Shown: piece after piece, positions 1-37,054 of the stretch
How positions within the stretch are numbered: the first letter of the stretch is position 1
Layout of the letters: each line of letters begins with the position of its first letter
Assembly: GCA_012295275.1 (NCBI GenBank)
Contig: CM022678.1
Coordinates: forward strand, 18,166,001-18,230,000
DNA length: 64,000 nt
From: Chrysomallon squamiferum
Lineage: Eukaryota; Animalia; Mollusca
Reading direction: 5' to 3'
Program-made: the position numbers and the translations under genes
Notes under the pieces: model-generated
The model's input: only the letters and a program-made list of their open reading frames with translations
Databases searched by the model: none
What the model was told of the DNA's origin: nothing

Positions 1-17
1 AACAACAACGTATTAGT

Positions 18-20239
<20,222 letters not shown>

Positions 20240-20695
20240 AAAAAAAGGAAAAAAAAAAAAAAGAGAAAAAGAATCATAAGAGTTTCTGTCCATCGAATTC
20301 CTGAAAAAAATCAAGTCAGCCTCTGTTATTAAGCCTTTCTTCTACGAGTTGAATACGTTGGAAATAGAGACTATCCGCCATTTTGTTACGCTAATTGTTA
20401 ATTGTTTACACTTCTACATCAAATATCCCAGTTTCATGTAAAATAAAACTTCCCTTTCTCGACTTCACGTGTTTTTAATCTAAGACATTTTTGATTTGAG
20501 GAATTACACACATTCAGAAGTACAATATTTTAATAGTTACTTTTGTAAACATTATGCATATTCAATTTATATGTGACGTAATAAAAAAAAGGCCGTTCCT
20601 GATTGGTCGATCATTGGTTGAAATTGTAGATACAAATACTGATGGAGTTTATACATATATACAAACTGCTTTGTAAAAATTGTAAGCAAATTTGT

Positions 20696-20726
<31 letters not shown>

Positions 20727-20832
20727 TTAGTTTTCAAAGTTAAACGTATTTATAAACTTTACTGTAAAAATGTAAGTATTAATTTCTGTACAGGTTAAAT
20801 TGTGTAAATCGTTTTTGTTTCTTTCCTGATTT

Positions 20833-20838
20833 AATAAA
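20833..20838 (+). terminator. Candidate polyadenylation signal of gene 1
   Basis: AATAAA ~600 nt after the stop, followed by T/GT-rich sequence; other AATAAA hexamers lie nearby. Confidence 0.4.
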
Positions 20839-21442
20839 ATTCAGTTTGAATCTGATTTGTCTTTCGTTTTATATTCATTTGCTGCATGTAGACACATAAA
20901 ACAGACAATAAATAAAACATATATATATAAGAATACATTTTATTTAAACAAACAAATAAATAAATAAATAAAACTTAAAGCGATTAAGATATTAAATTAT
21001 TTACATTTTTCCTGAGAACTTCTTGTTCTCCTTCTTCACAAACATTTACCATAAGGGGAGACCACTCTACAGCTTTTCTTTATAGCTAAAACTGAAAACA
21101 CTGTATAAACGTAGTCATTTCTTTTTACAGTAGTGAGAATTTTGAAACTTATATTCAATCGTGTGGCTTAGTGCAATTTTTTTGATTGCATGTTTTGTGT
21201 TTGTCAGTTTATTTTGTTAAATGTGAATATTCTATCATAGATTTCGATAATTAAATGCACACAGAAACCAGATTTTCCAGCTTTATTAATAATTTATCTT
21301 CTTTCTTTTAGTTATTTATTTATCTTTTTTTCTTTTTCTTTTATACTTCTACGGCCTTTTGGACAAATAGAGAGACTGATAGAGAGATCGCCAAACAGAC
21401 AAATATAGACAGATGGATGATGGACTGACATACAGACATATC

Positions 21443-21550
<108 letters not shown>

Positions 21551-22372
21551 TACAGTCAGACAACAAACGTGTAGAGCGTAACATAAATTATAAAACACGA
21601 TATTTATCAATAAACACAAGTTTCTTCGATCTCCACACCCCCACCTCTAATAATTCTTGATCGGTTCCTAGTTGACCTGTTTTACTGTGTTATCTTTTCC
21701 TTTCAATATTCTTCTTCTATTTTTTTTTTTTTTTAAACAGTGAAGAAAAAAAAAATCAAAAGTGTTAATAAATTCTGCTCGTTAAAATGTCGTCTAACAA
21801 TAAATATCTTTAATAATGTGACATGTTTTATTTGGCCAGTGACGTCAGAAACATTTCATTCTGTGGATATAATATAACGAACTCGGTGTCGAAGAGGACA
21901 AAAGATATTTTTCTAGGGTACTGGCACACACACCTGTCAACAATACATTTTTTTACGTGAATTGGAATAGCATAGTTACCTTCGTTTTATATAACACAAA
22001 TGGCAAACATTCCTGCTTCGTAACTACGGCTAGCTCGGGATTTTCGAAGTGTACCGAAAACGCGATACGCCAGGGTTCGGAACATATCGGTAATGTCCGT
22101 TGAGAATCGGATATATTCGGAACAAGCCGAAGAGAATATTGCTAAACGTAAATTTAAAGTTTGTTTTGTTTTATGTCTAGTGATATATAGCTCTATACTT
22201 ATGTATTTTTGTATATATGCATGTAATCATATGTAATCGAACATATGTATGTGTTCTGAATACTGAATGGAAACATATATCTAGGTGTTATTTATTGCAA
22301 GTGTGTGTGAGTGTATCTATGTTAAATAAGAATGCATGCATAAATACATAGATGATTATCGTGCATGGCGTT

Positions 22373-22444
<72 letters not shown>

Positions 22445-22984
22445 AAGCGTGTATATCACATAAGGAGTGATAAAATTTATGATTTAAGTGTTCACTGAAA
22501 AACACTTGAACTGAGAACAACTGTCGTGCTGTTTATCACACTCAGGTATGTCGTCGTGAACTGGCTAATTTGTGGTCGAGTACGGGGATCAGACTAACAG
22601 ATCCAGAAGAGATCTCACACACGAAAGTTTAATTATACCTTGAAATAAAAGAACAAGAGAATGATAACATAAAGTTAAAAATATTAATAAAACGTTTCAC
22701 ACGTGGATATATTTCTTTATTTTTATTATTTTTTTATTATTACTATTATTATTACTATTATTATTATTATCACTATTATTATTATTATTTATTTATTTAT
22801 TACTTTATCGTTGTTTTCTTGTATGTATGTATGTATGTATGTATGTATGTATAGAAAACAACAGAAAAGTATATATATATATTTGACTATGGCCTGTAAT
22901 TGCCTATTTCTCTCTGTCTGTCTTTTATTTGTCTTTCTTGTTTTTCCTTCCCTCTGTCATTCTTTCTCATTCTTTTTCTCTTTT

Positions 22985-23062
<78 letters not shown>

Positions 23063-23381
23063 TCTCTCTCTGTTACAGTACTGAAGTTAATTATGCATGC
23101 TGGCGTGCATGCATGCTATTGGATGACCATGAGTACATGCGCGTGTGGCTGCAGATGTATGTGAGGTGTAAATTATACATGTGTATGTCACTCTGGCCTA
23201 GCCAGCGTCAGTATACTGCTTGTGATTAGAACGGGAAATTAATATTTGATCGCAGACGATAAAAGTAAATGAACTTTTTGTTTCATTCTGTTTGATGTTG
23301 CTGTATGTGCTGTTGTTGTGGTGGCTGTGATTATTATCAAGGTTATTGTTATTATTATTACTACTATTATTATTATTATTA

Positions 23382-23418
<37 letters not shown>

Positions 23419-23698
23419 TATTATTATTATTATTATTATTGGTAGCAGTAGTCGTAACAGTAGTAGTAGTCGTAGTGGTAATAGTAGTAGTAGCAGCAGT
23501 TGTAATGTATTATTATTGTCATTACATTATTATTATTATTTGTGATTATTAATGCGAGTATTATCAACATCTTCGTTAACATCATCATCATCATTACTAT
23601 CATCATCATCATTACCATCATCATCGACTTCCTGATGTGTTGCTTAGTGTTAGCGAATTTAGCCTCCTCTAGCGTTCTCTAGATATTGGTAAGTGTGT

Positions 23699-24264
<566 letters not shown>

Positions 24265-24586
24265 AGAATTGTGTTTGGACTTTGGCCTGGCTTATCTGTA
24301 AAGTCGATTAGTTAAAAATGTCACCTGTCAAATATTGACATAATAAAATAAATCACAAAACTTACATGTTTTATCTCATTAATGTCGTTTAAGCTTAAAC
24401 ACTCTCTCTGGTAAACGTTCATCTGAGTGACGACCAACCTAAGAACAGACGTTCTCTGCATAATTTCCCGTTCTGGAATGAACTCTGTAGACAGGTCTGC
24501 TAAAAAATGTAGAACTGTGCAAAAGAAAAAAAATGTTTTTCTGTGATTTACCTCTGCGGATTTCTTCTCTACTATTTTATGGTCAG

Positions 24587-24624
<38 letters not shown>

Positions 24625-25116
24625 GAACAACAACAACAACAATAACAACAACAGAACAGTCATGACGAGAAAAGAAATAAATAAATAATTTGTATTTCAT
24701 TGATCAAAAATTGATTTATTTTTTCAGTAAGTGACATAAATAGCAAGAAATTTTTTATAGAGAACAAAAAAAATAATAATAAAATAAAAAATAAAATATT
24801 TTTTTAAAAAAATGAAATAAAAGTAAATAATTTATATCTTAATAATCTATAAAATAAGAATTAAAAAATTAAAAGTCATCGATCATTTTCCAGTGTCTGG
24901 GTTTAATACTATTTAAAAAAAAAGAAAAAAAAGGGAAAAAGAGTTTTACATTAAGCAGTCTTAACGATATCGAGTAACTGACGGAAACACGACTGAGAAG
25001 GTTGCATTTAAGAAGATCCGCGACATTTTTCTTTTTCTGTTTCTAGAAATAAAACTTGTTAATGCTGTCTGAACAGACGTCGAAGAAAGGTCATGCTGAC
25101 ATACAACTGATGAAAT

Positions 25117-25151
<35 letters not shown>

Positions 25152-25628
25152 TTTGCATTTTGTTTATTTGTTAATTAGTTAATTAATTAATTAATTTATT
25201 TATTTTGCTTCTTTGTAATTGTTTGATATTAATTTCTCTATTCTTCTGCTTCTTCTTCTTCTTATTATTATTTTTATATTTATTATTATTATAGTAGTAG
25301 TAGTAGTAGCAGTAGTAGTAGTAGTATCATCATCATCACCATCATCATTAATATCTGTCACAAAATAGGTCAACCCAGATTTGCTTAACAACAGCAAAAC
25401 TAATGTTTTAACATGAAACTTTTACTACTCTCACAAAACAAAAACAAAAAACACACTAACCGTTTTCACCTCCCAAACATTTTACAAAATTTTACTGAGA
25501 TACCTCATTTGGTTTTACAGCAAGAATTTGAAAACATTACATTCAAAATTATATTCATATATCATTAGCGTAACGTAATATATATATATATATATATCTA
25601 TCTATCTATCTATCTATATATCTATCTA

Positions 25629-25669
<41 letters not shown>

Positions 25670-26155
25670 ATATATATATGTATGATTTTTAAATTTTATT
25701 TTAATTTGTTTTTGAAAATATAATATGCAGGTCAAACTAAAATGCTACATAATATAACGGTTGGAATGGGGAAAATGCGCACAGAAGGTCGATCCTAAAA
25801 CCAAAAGGTGAAGGATACTGAACTTACAGGCCTTACTCGTCTATTACTGAGGCAGTAATGTTAATATATTATCAACAGTTTATATTATACAGTAATACTG
25901 ACAAGACTTCCTTGTAGCAGGAAAAAAAAAAAAAAAATAAAAAAATGCGTTGGAGAGAAAAAGAAACGTTATTTATCGGTTGCTATGGAAGAAAGAGCAA
26001 CTGTTTTTAATTAGTTGCTAAGGATGTCGTTGTTGTTGGCATTTATGTGAATACGTCGCGATAGCAAAGTACAAATTGTAAGAGTTATTAGTGTTGAAAA
26101 TGAAAGCTGTCGTCTGATGAAATAAAATGGTTGATACGTGTATTTTATAAGTAAA

Positions 26156-26253
<98 letters not shown>

Positions 26254-27077
26254 TAAATGGGAAACCTTTTAGGAAATTTGACTTCAGAGCACTAACAGTC
26301 TTAATCTCATCTCTGTTTTCTGATGATCGGATGATTCTACGATGAATAATTAATGATTTAATTATATTTATCTGGGACTTAGAATAACATTCCTTAGTTT
26401 GTACAGAATTCCAGAGAACACAAAAAAAGTTGTTTGAAGACGGTGAGAATGTTCCTGGTAGTTCGCACTTTCTATGAAGAGTATAAAATTTGTATTTGTA
26501 CATTAATTTTTAAAATCTACAAACAAGTTCAATATTTATATTTCTCCATTAAACTTGTTTTTCTTCGTCGAAAGATGTACATTAATCTAGCTGTACAAAA
26601 TAATAAACGATAAATGTCATTAGTAATTTCCTTAGAAGATATTAGATACAAATAGTTATTATCTTTACTGAAATATTAATACGCCTGCTACTGCCTCTTT
26701 CTGAATGTCTGTCTCTCTGTGTCTTTGTCTCTCTTTTTTATAAAGACATCTTTTAAAAAAAAGAATAAAGAAAACGCAAAAATTATAGTTTGTTAAAGGT
26801 ATTGTTTTATGTAATTATAGCCTCGGGCAGTTTCACCAATTATTTTTCTTTTCATTAACCGGACAATAATAATTTTTAACAGCTCTATGCTAGCTAGTTA
26901 ACAAAAAAAAACAACCAGTTATTACTTTATAAACGCATACACCAATCATCATATATTTTACTCTTTTTTTTTTTAATAGGTTTTTTTTTTGGGGGGGGGG
27001 AAATAAAAGACAAAAATATCTTTAAAAACAAAACAAAAAAGACACACACATCCAGTTAGGACGAACACTTCTAAATT

Positions 27078-27422
27078 ATGAAGTCTCTTTCCTTCTTGCT
27101 CGTACTTTGTCTGATCGAATTAAATTCAGGATTCCAAATAGATCAATCTACAGACAACTTTAGTCCTGTTCAACCTCTTTTTCCTCCTGTAAAACCGCCT
27201 GATGACGTCACTAACTTTATATTTGTTAAAGTGTTGCCTTGTTCCTCTCAGAACGCGACGTCACAGTTGAAAGCGCCGAGTACGAGATTCTGCTGTCATG
27301 GGTGCGCGGTTTTGTCGGGCTGTGAGGCGGTCGCGTACCTCAAAGAAGAATCGCAATGTCTGCTGTTTGAAGCGCAGTTCAAAGATGGCGGCTGTCTGCA
27401 GAAGTTCAAGTATTTTAATAAG
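27078..27422 (+). CDS. Gene 2 exon 1: small secreted protein with a PAN/apple-like cysteine module
   Basis: Signal-peptide-like MKSLSFLLVLCLIELNSG; Pro-rich linker; CHGCAVLSGCEAVAYLKEESQCLLF region fits the PAN/apple spacing C-x3-C-x5-C-x-A-x-x-Y-x6-C-x-L; donor AAG|gtatgt at 27423 (phase 0). The longer ORF-track version runs into intronic microsatellite. Confidence 0.8.
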
Positions 27423-27745
27423 GTATGTTCTGTACTGAAAAATATGATTACCAAAAAAAAAATACCAAAACAACTGCATTATAATAAATGTGGCTACTGC
27501 TGCTCCTGCTATTACTACTATCACTATACTAGCAAGGATACTACTACTAGAATTCCTGCTACTTTTGCAACTACTGCTGCTTCTACTACTACTACTACTA
27601 CTACTACTACTATTAGTACTTCTACTACCACTACTACTGCTCTATCAGTACTACTACTACAACTATTATTACTGCTACTCTTCTTCTTTACAACTACTAC
27701 TACCACTAACAACAACAACGACAATAACAACAACAATTATATTAA

Positions 27746-27776
<31 letters not shown>

Positions 27777-27910
27777 AAATCTAAACGTTAATTAACATAG
27801 CGTTAAAATTATAGAAGTAAACTGCAGGACAAATAGAAAACGAAAACCCTTTTGTGCCGCCATCTTCTTACCTACTGGCAGCATGAAATCTTGTATTTGT
27901 ATCTTCACAG

Positions 27911-27940
27911 ACAAGAAAACATACATACGGCTCATTTTAA
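27911..27940 (+). CDS. Gene 2 probable last coding exon (TRKHTYGSF*), giving ~124 aa
   Basis: tcttcacag| acceptor at 27910, in-frame TAA 27938-27940; alternative acceptors at 28130 and 28694 also give short C-termini. Confidence 0.5.
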   Translation, partial: TRKHTYGSF

Positions 27941-28375
27941 CACACCGACAGTATCAGTCTATTTTTAATGGGGAAATGTAAAGGATAATACGAAGGATTT
28001 GAGAGGAAATCAGATTCTGTCCTTTCCTAATGGTGAGCTCCAATTTAGAACGGGAAATAGGGTAAAGAGCAGATTTAGAATGAGACGATCAAAAAGATGT
28101 TTAATTTGATTTATTTCTGTCTTTATTCAGATTCACGGGGCTTTTCAATATTCTCTTTAAGGTAATTATTTATTTATTTGGTTTGTTTGTTTGTTTTTAT
28201 ATATTTGTTTATTTATTATTTATTTATTTATTTACTTTTTTATATTTATTTGTTTGTATTTTATTTATAATTTTATAGTTTTATTTATTGAATGGTTTAT
28301 TGATAGATTGTTTCTTTGGTTTATTAATATACCTATTTATTTATATGTTGTTTTTAATTTAAAAAAAAAATGTAT

Positions 28376-28499
<124 letters not shown>

Positions 28500-28968
28500 T
28501 ATACATACATACATATTTGTTTGCTAATTTGTTTATTTTGTTATTCATCTTTCCATTTCACTTAATCATTTATTTATTATTCAATCGTTTTATTTCCTTC
28601 CTGACTTCATTGTTTTGTATGTACTAAATTACTAACATATTTACTTAAATCGTTACTAACAATTACTTTCAATTTACTTTCGTTTCTTTTGCAGAATTTC
28701 TTCAAGAAACAGCGTCATCATCTTAACAGCCTTGTTTTCAAGTTTTGTATAATTATTTAATATAATTATGCGTTTAATACGTTCCTGCCATGTAACAACT
28801 TCATTTATAAGATGTTTTATTAAAGTATTGTTATTATTATGTAACAAAGTATATCCACATCACGTTTAGTTTATTGCATTTTCACAGCAGAAGTCAAGAT
28901 AATAAATATTTTGTCAGTTTGTGATTATTTCGGAATTAAAGAAACGAACTATTTCATTATGTAATTGG

Positions 28969-29025
<57 letters not shown>

Positions 29026-29388
29026 TAATAATATTAATATGATAATTAGATATAATAATAATAATAATAATAATACTTATGATGATAATGATAAAAATAA
29101 TAATAATAACAGCAATAACAATAACAATAAAAATTCATATTCAGTACGATATTATTTGTTTTTATTACTTGTAAAATATCTTTCTCTCGCTAATATTTCT
29201 TATCTATCTATCTATCTATCTATATATATATATATATATGTGTGGGTGTGTGCGTGTGCGTGTGTGTATATGTGTTTGTGTGTGTCTGTCCGTTTCTCTG
29301 TATGTCTGTCTTTCACTCTCACATATTCTACCCTTTCTTTGTGCGTGTATGTTTCTCTGTAAAATAACATATGATGATGTGTGTGTGC

Positions 29389-29429
<41 letters not shown>

Positions 29430-29438
29430 TGTGTGTGT

Positions 29439-29469
<31 letters not shown>

Positions 29470-30045
29470 ATATGACACTCTATCTGTGTAAAACGGACGT
29501 AACTAAGTAAACATTGCTTTCTTTTGTCCCTGCATTCACATCGAAAGTACAAACACATGAATATTAAATCTCTTTCTACCGCTATTTTTTTTTTTGTTAC
29601 ACATAACAGTTGTACGCTTGCCAGCACGTAATATTTCCATCATCAATTTACAACCAGACAGCTCGTCAATTCCTATCACACACACACACAAAAACCCCAC
29701 TACCTTGTTTGTTGCCTAGCAACGGTCGGGTGCCACTCAAAATCTACCGTAGGCTTTGATCTCCCTTCACACAAGCCGGGTGCAAAAGTCGACCATTTAT
29801 TTGTAGATAAGCGAAGGTTTCTTAGTGAAAGCCAATGAGCCCAGTCAAACCATTGCACGTTGTTCTTGGATACAGGTTTTGTACTGTGTGTCGATCTAAC
29901 TGAATTCTCAGTGGGTAAACGCTCTTGTGTGTGTTATTATGTCATTATCGCGGTTAGGGGCTGTTCAGTGATGATTAAGAGGGTGGAGGTGGGTTGGGGA
30001 AACGAAGGAACTGTTAGGTCTGGGTGCGTGCAGGTCTGTGACTGA

Positions 30046-30095
<50 letters not shown>

Positions 30096-31502
30096 TTGTT
30101 AATGTATACAAGAATTAAATATCTAGTTTTTAATATAATAACAGTCTCTTTTTTTGTTTAATTTAGAAATGAAATAACGTTTTCATATATATACATACAT
30201 ACACAAACACACAACACACACACACACGCACCAACATGTGTGTATATATATAAGTGTGTATATATATGTATATATATATGAGTATATATATATATATACC
30301 ATTTATTATTTCGTTCATTCATTCATTGAATCATCCATACATTTATCCAACAATCCATCAATCCCTCCATGTATTTTTTTTATTTCATCATCTATCTGTC
30401 TCTCTGTCTGTATGTATGTGTGTGTCTATTCATCGATCGACTGATTCATTAATGTAGTAATTCATTTAGTTATTCATCTGTACATGATTATATAAAACAT
30501 TTATTCATTAATTCATTCAGTCAATCACTCACTCTTTCATTCATCCAGACATTACCTGATTGGTTATTTGAATCGTTCATTCATTTATTAGTTCATTTTG
30601 TTTTTGTTCTTTCATAATATATAAATCTAACTATATAACTATCTAACTAACTAACTAACTAAATAAATAAATAAATAAACTAATTAATTAATTAAATAGT
30701 TAATAAATTAATATACATACTCAGATGCATATATATGTGTGTGTGTATACGTATACATATATATATACTCACACATACACACACTGAGAGACACACACAA
30801 CGTTTTACTACAGCTAACAGTTTAAAAAATCAGTCATTAAAGCATTGAGTCGTACATGAAAATCTTATCTCACTCTTCTACGTACAAGTCGAGTACAAAT
30901 CTGATCTAGAATGATTGGGGCACTCTACTGGCCGGTTCCGTATCTGGGACTATTTACATTTCAAACGACAAGGTAATAACACTTAAAAAGTCAAATAAAG
31001 CGAAAGTTGTTCAGTCTTTTGCCTTGTCACGAACGGTACTTGGCTTTTTGAAAAACGAGAAAGAAAACGAAAAGAAAAGAGAAAAGAAACGAGAGAAAGA
31101 CAAAGCAATAAAAAAAATAAAAAAAAGAAAGAAATATAAAGAAGAAAACAAAAGAGAAGGGAGGAAAAGAACGTAGAAAGAAAGAAGAGAATAGAGAAAG
31201 AAAGAGAGAAGAAGAAATAAGAGTTATTATATCAAATGATTTAACGCTATTGACTGAACACGTTTTTACTGATAATAAGGGAGAAGTGATTGTAGACATG
31301 GAACAATAATTACGACGTCAGCTTAAGCCTTCGTTGCTATGGAATCCGAAGTTGCAGTCGTATCGAGGTAAGGACGTAACTAAGGAACATCTTACATTTA
31401 TAAATGTACCTATGTCGTACCTATATTTTATTTCAGTTCAATTACGAAAATAAAAACTATTAAATAAATAAATAAATAAAAATAAATCATAAATCATTCT
31501 AC

Positions 31503-31534
<32 letters not shown>

Positions 31535-31535
31535 C

Positions 31536-31576
<41 letters not shown>

Positions 31577-32756
31577 TAAAAAAACAAATAATAATAATAA
31601 TGATGATGATGATGATGATGATAACAATTTAAGTAAATGAACAATTATTTTAAAATATCTGTTAACTTAGTTAACTGTTTACATAACGAGATCTTTGATT
31701 ATCAGTTTGAAAATTTTGTTAGGAAATTTTTGAGTGTAGATCAAACAGACATATTTTCTCGTTTTGGGTAAATAATAATATTTGTAAATAATATTATTTA
31801 TAAATAATAATATTTGTATTTTGGTCTTACTATTTGAGTTTATTATATCTACACATAACTTTTTAATATTTAATGTGTTTGTGTTTGTTTGTGATTTAGA
31901 GATATTTTTTGTTATTTTATATTTATTCGTGCATATTTTAGGTTAATAGCAATGAATATATGCAGATATAAATAAATATGTTTGTTTGTATGCCTGTATA
32001 TATGTATATAACACACATACACATACACAGCCATATACATAAATGTATATAATTATATGAGTATATATGTGTGTGTATGTGTGTGTGTGTGTGTGTCTGT
32101 GTATATATATGTTTATATGTATATATATGTATGTATATATGTATATATGTATGTATATGTATGTATGTATGTATATATGTATGTATGTTTATATGTATAT
32201 GTATGTGTGTGTATGTACATATGTAAGCAAATGTATGTATGTATGTATGTATGTATGTGTATATAGTGTATACATAAAAAATTGTTTTTAAAATGTATGC
32301 GGTTACCACAGAAATCATCTGTGTGTGCTATAATCGTCTTTACGTTATCAAAGGTCATAATATTTCCCACAATTCCTTTGACAAACTGAACACAAACAAA
32401 TTACTGCTGTTAATAGTTTAACACAACCTTTACCATGTGCTTAATCGATATGGTGTGAAAGGTTTGAATAATATTCACATAACTGCAATATTACTGTAAA
32501 AAAAAATTATATTCCAATATAGATGGATGGATGGATGGATGGATGGAATGTATACAAATGTTGTAAGTAAAATAACTGTCCTTTTTTTTAGTTATTATTA
32601 AATTAAAATTATATTGTTTAGTTCAAGTAAACTACGTTTCTTAAAACTGAAAAGGGTAATCTTTTATACTTCAGAGTACGAAGTAATAAAATATAAACAG
32701 CAAAAGAGCAAAATAAATAGGACTGTTTATTTCAATTTTAAACAGATTTGATATTA

Positions 32757-32821
<65 letters not shown>

Positions 32822-32887
32822 GTCATATCTATCTATCTATCTATCTATCTGTCTGTCTTTCTGTCTACTTGCATTTTTTCCTGTTTT

Positions 32888-32991
<104 letters not shown>

Positions 32992-33531
32992 GCTTTGTTT
33001 ACACACTATTTCGTTTTCTTGTCATCCAGAGATACATTACAGCACTAATAATCTATGTCGATATATACACTCATTTACCTGCTACATGCGTGTGTATAGT
33101 AATATCAGCAGAATAAATCACGTTATTTACAAACATTATCACTCGTTGTCTGGCTTTCTTTAACAGACGAAAAAAAATGTCGTTCCATAAATCCGGGTCT
33201 AGTGCCTTTAAAAAAAAAAAAAAAAAAAAAAAAAAGGTTCCTATTTTTAGAAACTAGGTCAGTGGGTCATTAAACAAATACTGAGTGACCCAGGGTGATG
33301 ACGGGCTATTTTTGTTAAGTTAACGTGACGAAATGAGATAAACTGAGTGAAATGACTTTAACTCTTGATTTGCTGTATGAGTAATTTACTCTGTTTTGTC
33401 GTCAGTGTGTGTGTGACTAGTGTAATAATATGGTTTTCTTCGCTTGTTTCCATCAACGAAATGACGTCACAAAACACCATCCTTTATCCATCGACTCTTC
33501 AGGTTTCTGTTTTATTAATATACTTTGTTGT

Positions 33532-33556
33532 TGGTAAAGATTGATATCATACATGC

Positions 33557-33602
<46 letters not shown>

Positions 33603-33627
33603 GCATGTATGATATCAAACTTTACCA
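33532..33627. repeat. Near-perfect 96-bp palindrome centred on (TA)n
   Basis: tggtaaagattgatatcatacatgc...(TA)n...gcatgtatgatatcaaactttacca. Confidence 0.9.
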
Positions 33628-34337
33628 TATATATATATACACACACACACATACATACACACACACATGAATGCATACATACATACAAAAATACACACAC
33701 ACTAATACAGATGCATATATGTGTATACGTACATATAGACACACATACACACATACATATACAAACATACATACGTACGTACGTACATAAATACATACAT
33801 ATGCATATGTCTGACGGGGTTTGTGAGGTCGTGACTGGACTTTGTCTTCCTGCGCCAGTGCGTTCCCGAATATTGTCTACGTGCAGAGTCTAATCACACA
33901 TACATACGACAGAGAATATTCAAATCCTAAAATACATACACGCACACACACGCACACGCACCCAAATACTCACCAAAAAAAACCCCAAAAGAACAGACAG
34001 ATATATACACGCAAGATAAATATAACTCCAAGTGATTTATGTCGAGTTTCTCTGACTTATCAGTAAAACGATATAGGTGGAATCATATCAGTTTTTCAAG
34101 TAGGAAACACACACGCTATCAACCCTAGCATGTAATAAGTTATTTATACTCGTATTAGTAACACGAACACTTGTTTTTCTTAAACTAGAGTGCAGGAAGT
34201 TAGAAACAAAAATAGTAACAGCAACGACGACAACAACGACGACAACAACAACGACAATAATAATAACAGTAATAACAACAAAAACAACAATAATAATAAT
34301 AATAATAATAATAAGTATTAATGAAGTACTAATATTA

Positions 34338-34370
<33 letters not shown>

Positions 34371-34514
34371 TTAATAATAATAGTAATATTAATAATAATA
34401 ATAATAATGATAATAATAATATTAATAATAATAATAATAATAATAATAACAACGACAACAAAATTAGTAATAATCACAATGGTATTAGAAACGTCACTAT
34501 TAACAGTTAATATT

Positions 34515-34658
<144 letters not shown>

Positions 34659-35025
34659 ACCACACTCAGCAGTAACAGCTACAGTTGGCAATCTTTATTC
34701 GTTACACACTCGATATAATTACACACACATATCACACAAACGAATCGCTGTCCTCAGAACACTGTCAAGTAAAGAGTAAAACGACCATACCCTGCACTGC
34801 GTATAAAACCTGTTTTCAGATGTTTGTGCTTGCTACATTGTTGAACTCACCGCGTTTGTCACCTCGCCAGTTTTAGCCCACCCCCTCCACAGCCGCACTG
34901 TGAGAGGGCACGTGGTTAAAAATCACCGCGTAATACGTTTGGTGATCGGTCCAGTAGATGATTGACGTGTTTGACCGAGAGCCGTGCATGCAGTACAATA
35001 GTGACATTGTTAACTCAGATTTCAA

Positions 35026-35070
<45 letters not shown>

Positions 35071-35502
35071 TAAAAATCTTTACTTAGGTTTTAATAAATA
35101 AATAAATAAAAATAAAATATAAAATAAACTAAGAATCTCGACGAGGTTTATAAAACATTTCTAAGTTTCTAGGATTGCTATTTTTGTGACGGTTGTTTAT
35201 TTAGAGTTATGTATCGCTGTATGTGTGTCTGTTTCTGTTTGTGTTTCTGTATCTCTATCTATCTGTCTGTGTGTGTGTTTGGTGTTTGTCTATCTCTCTG
35301 TCTATTTATCAGTCTGTCTATCTATCTGTCTTTCTTTCTTTCTATTTGCTTATTGGTCTATTTGTCTCTCTGTATGTCTATCTATCTAAAGTCTGTTTAT
35401 CTATCCTTCTTTCTATTTACATTTTCTTTGTCTCTCTCTTTAGTCTTTGTATTTTTCCCTCTCTCTATCAGTGTATCAAAATGACCATCATTTCTATGTA
35501 TT

Positions 35503-35566
<64 letters not shown>

Positions 35567-36105
35567 CTATCACATTTTAAAGTGTTTGATTTTTTTTTTT
35601 TTTTTTTTTTTTTTAAATGTGCTTACATGTTTTTCCAAACCCTCGAAATTAATGTTTATGCTTCGTCAGACAATCTCATTTTCTTTCAACATTTTATTTC
35701 CTATATTTATTCAGATAAGTATCTTTCGTTAAAAAGATTTTGCTTCACTATTTTTTTCAGTACATTAATAATCTTTCATACATCTCATAATGCGAGTAAA
35801 GAATGACTTTTGTTTTTTTTACTCGTTTATGTCGGACTGGTAATTTTATTTATGACGAAAGGCGAGAGATTAACACAAAGTTTATGTCTCTGTCCGAGAT
35901 AATCCGTATTAAAAAAGACTAAAATTAGGATCGTAAAAGATGTTAATTACTAGGAAGAGTGTTGACATTTTACATTTGTAAAATTTGTTATTGTTTGTAT
36001 TAAGGCACAGAGTTCAGAGTCACAGTTTTTTTATTTGGTTTTTTTTTTTTTTTTTTTTACTTTTCTTTAATCTTATTTTAACAGCAAAACAACAAAAATA
36101 ACAAC

Positions 36106-36148
<43 letters not shown>

Positions 36149-36311
36149 GTGGTAGTGGTAGTAGTAGTAGGAGAAGTCGTAGTTTTAGTAACAATAACAA
36201 TAATAATAATAATAATAATAATAATAATTATAATAATAATAATAATAACAACAACTACACTACAACAAAAAGAACAATAATAATATAATAATTAATAATA
36301 TTTGCAATAGC

Positions 36312-36352
<41 letters not shown>

Positions 36353-36969
36353 AGAAAACAAGTTTATATATGACGTTAATAGATGTTGTAGTAGTGGCAG
36401 TTGCAACAGTAATATCAGAAGTAGCAATAGCAGTAGTAGTAGTAGTAGTAATAGTAGAAACAGCAGTAGTAGTAGTAACTGCAAGTGGTCAGAGTATCTG
36501 ATCGTGTCGTTAAACGAACACAGATTTTACATAAAACAATGACATCAACGTAGAATGGAATTTTTTTTGTTGTTGTTCAAGGCTAATGGTACGAGACAAA
36601 AGTCAGGGACTATAATAAATTAGGTGTCTAACAGTTGATGACTGGGCGTGAGTGTCGAGTATCAGTCAGTGAGTATAAACAACACTCGTCGTTGTACGCC
36701 TTGAGAAACAGCTCGCTGACTCGACAAACGATACGATCACTTGAAACAGCGATTAGCTGCCTTTAATAAACGCGCTCGCTCGTTAAAACGGTTTGTCGTG
36801 AAAATCTTCTACCCAGTGTTGATATCGTGAAGTCAGTTGGTCAGTCATTCTGTCAGTCTCTCTGTGTGTTGTGTGTGTCTGGTTTATCTCTATCTAGAGG
36901 CTATTTCTCTTTCTGTTTGTTAATGTATCTGTCTCTCTAATGGCGTATCTGTATAACTGTATGTTTCAG

Positions 36970-37054
<85 letters not shown>

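Noticed and set aside
25755-25855. Third possible SINE head on the minus strand
   Set aside because: B-box match (ggatcgacc) too degenerate to support
30909-30972. Possible coding exon (ctag|...CAAG|gtaata)
   Set aside because: No polypyrimidine tract and no compatible neighbouring exon found
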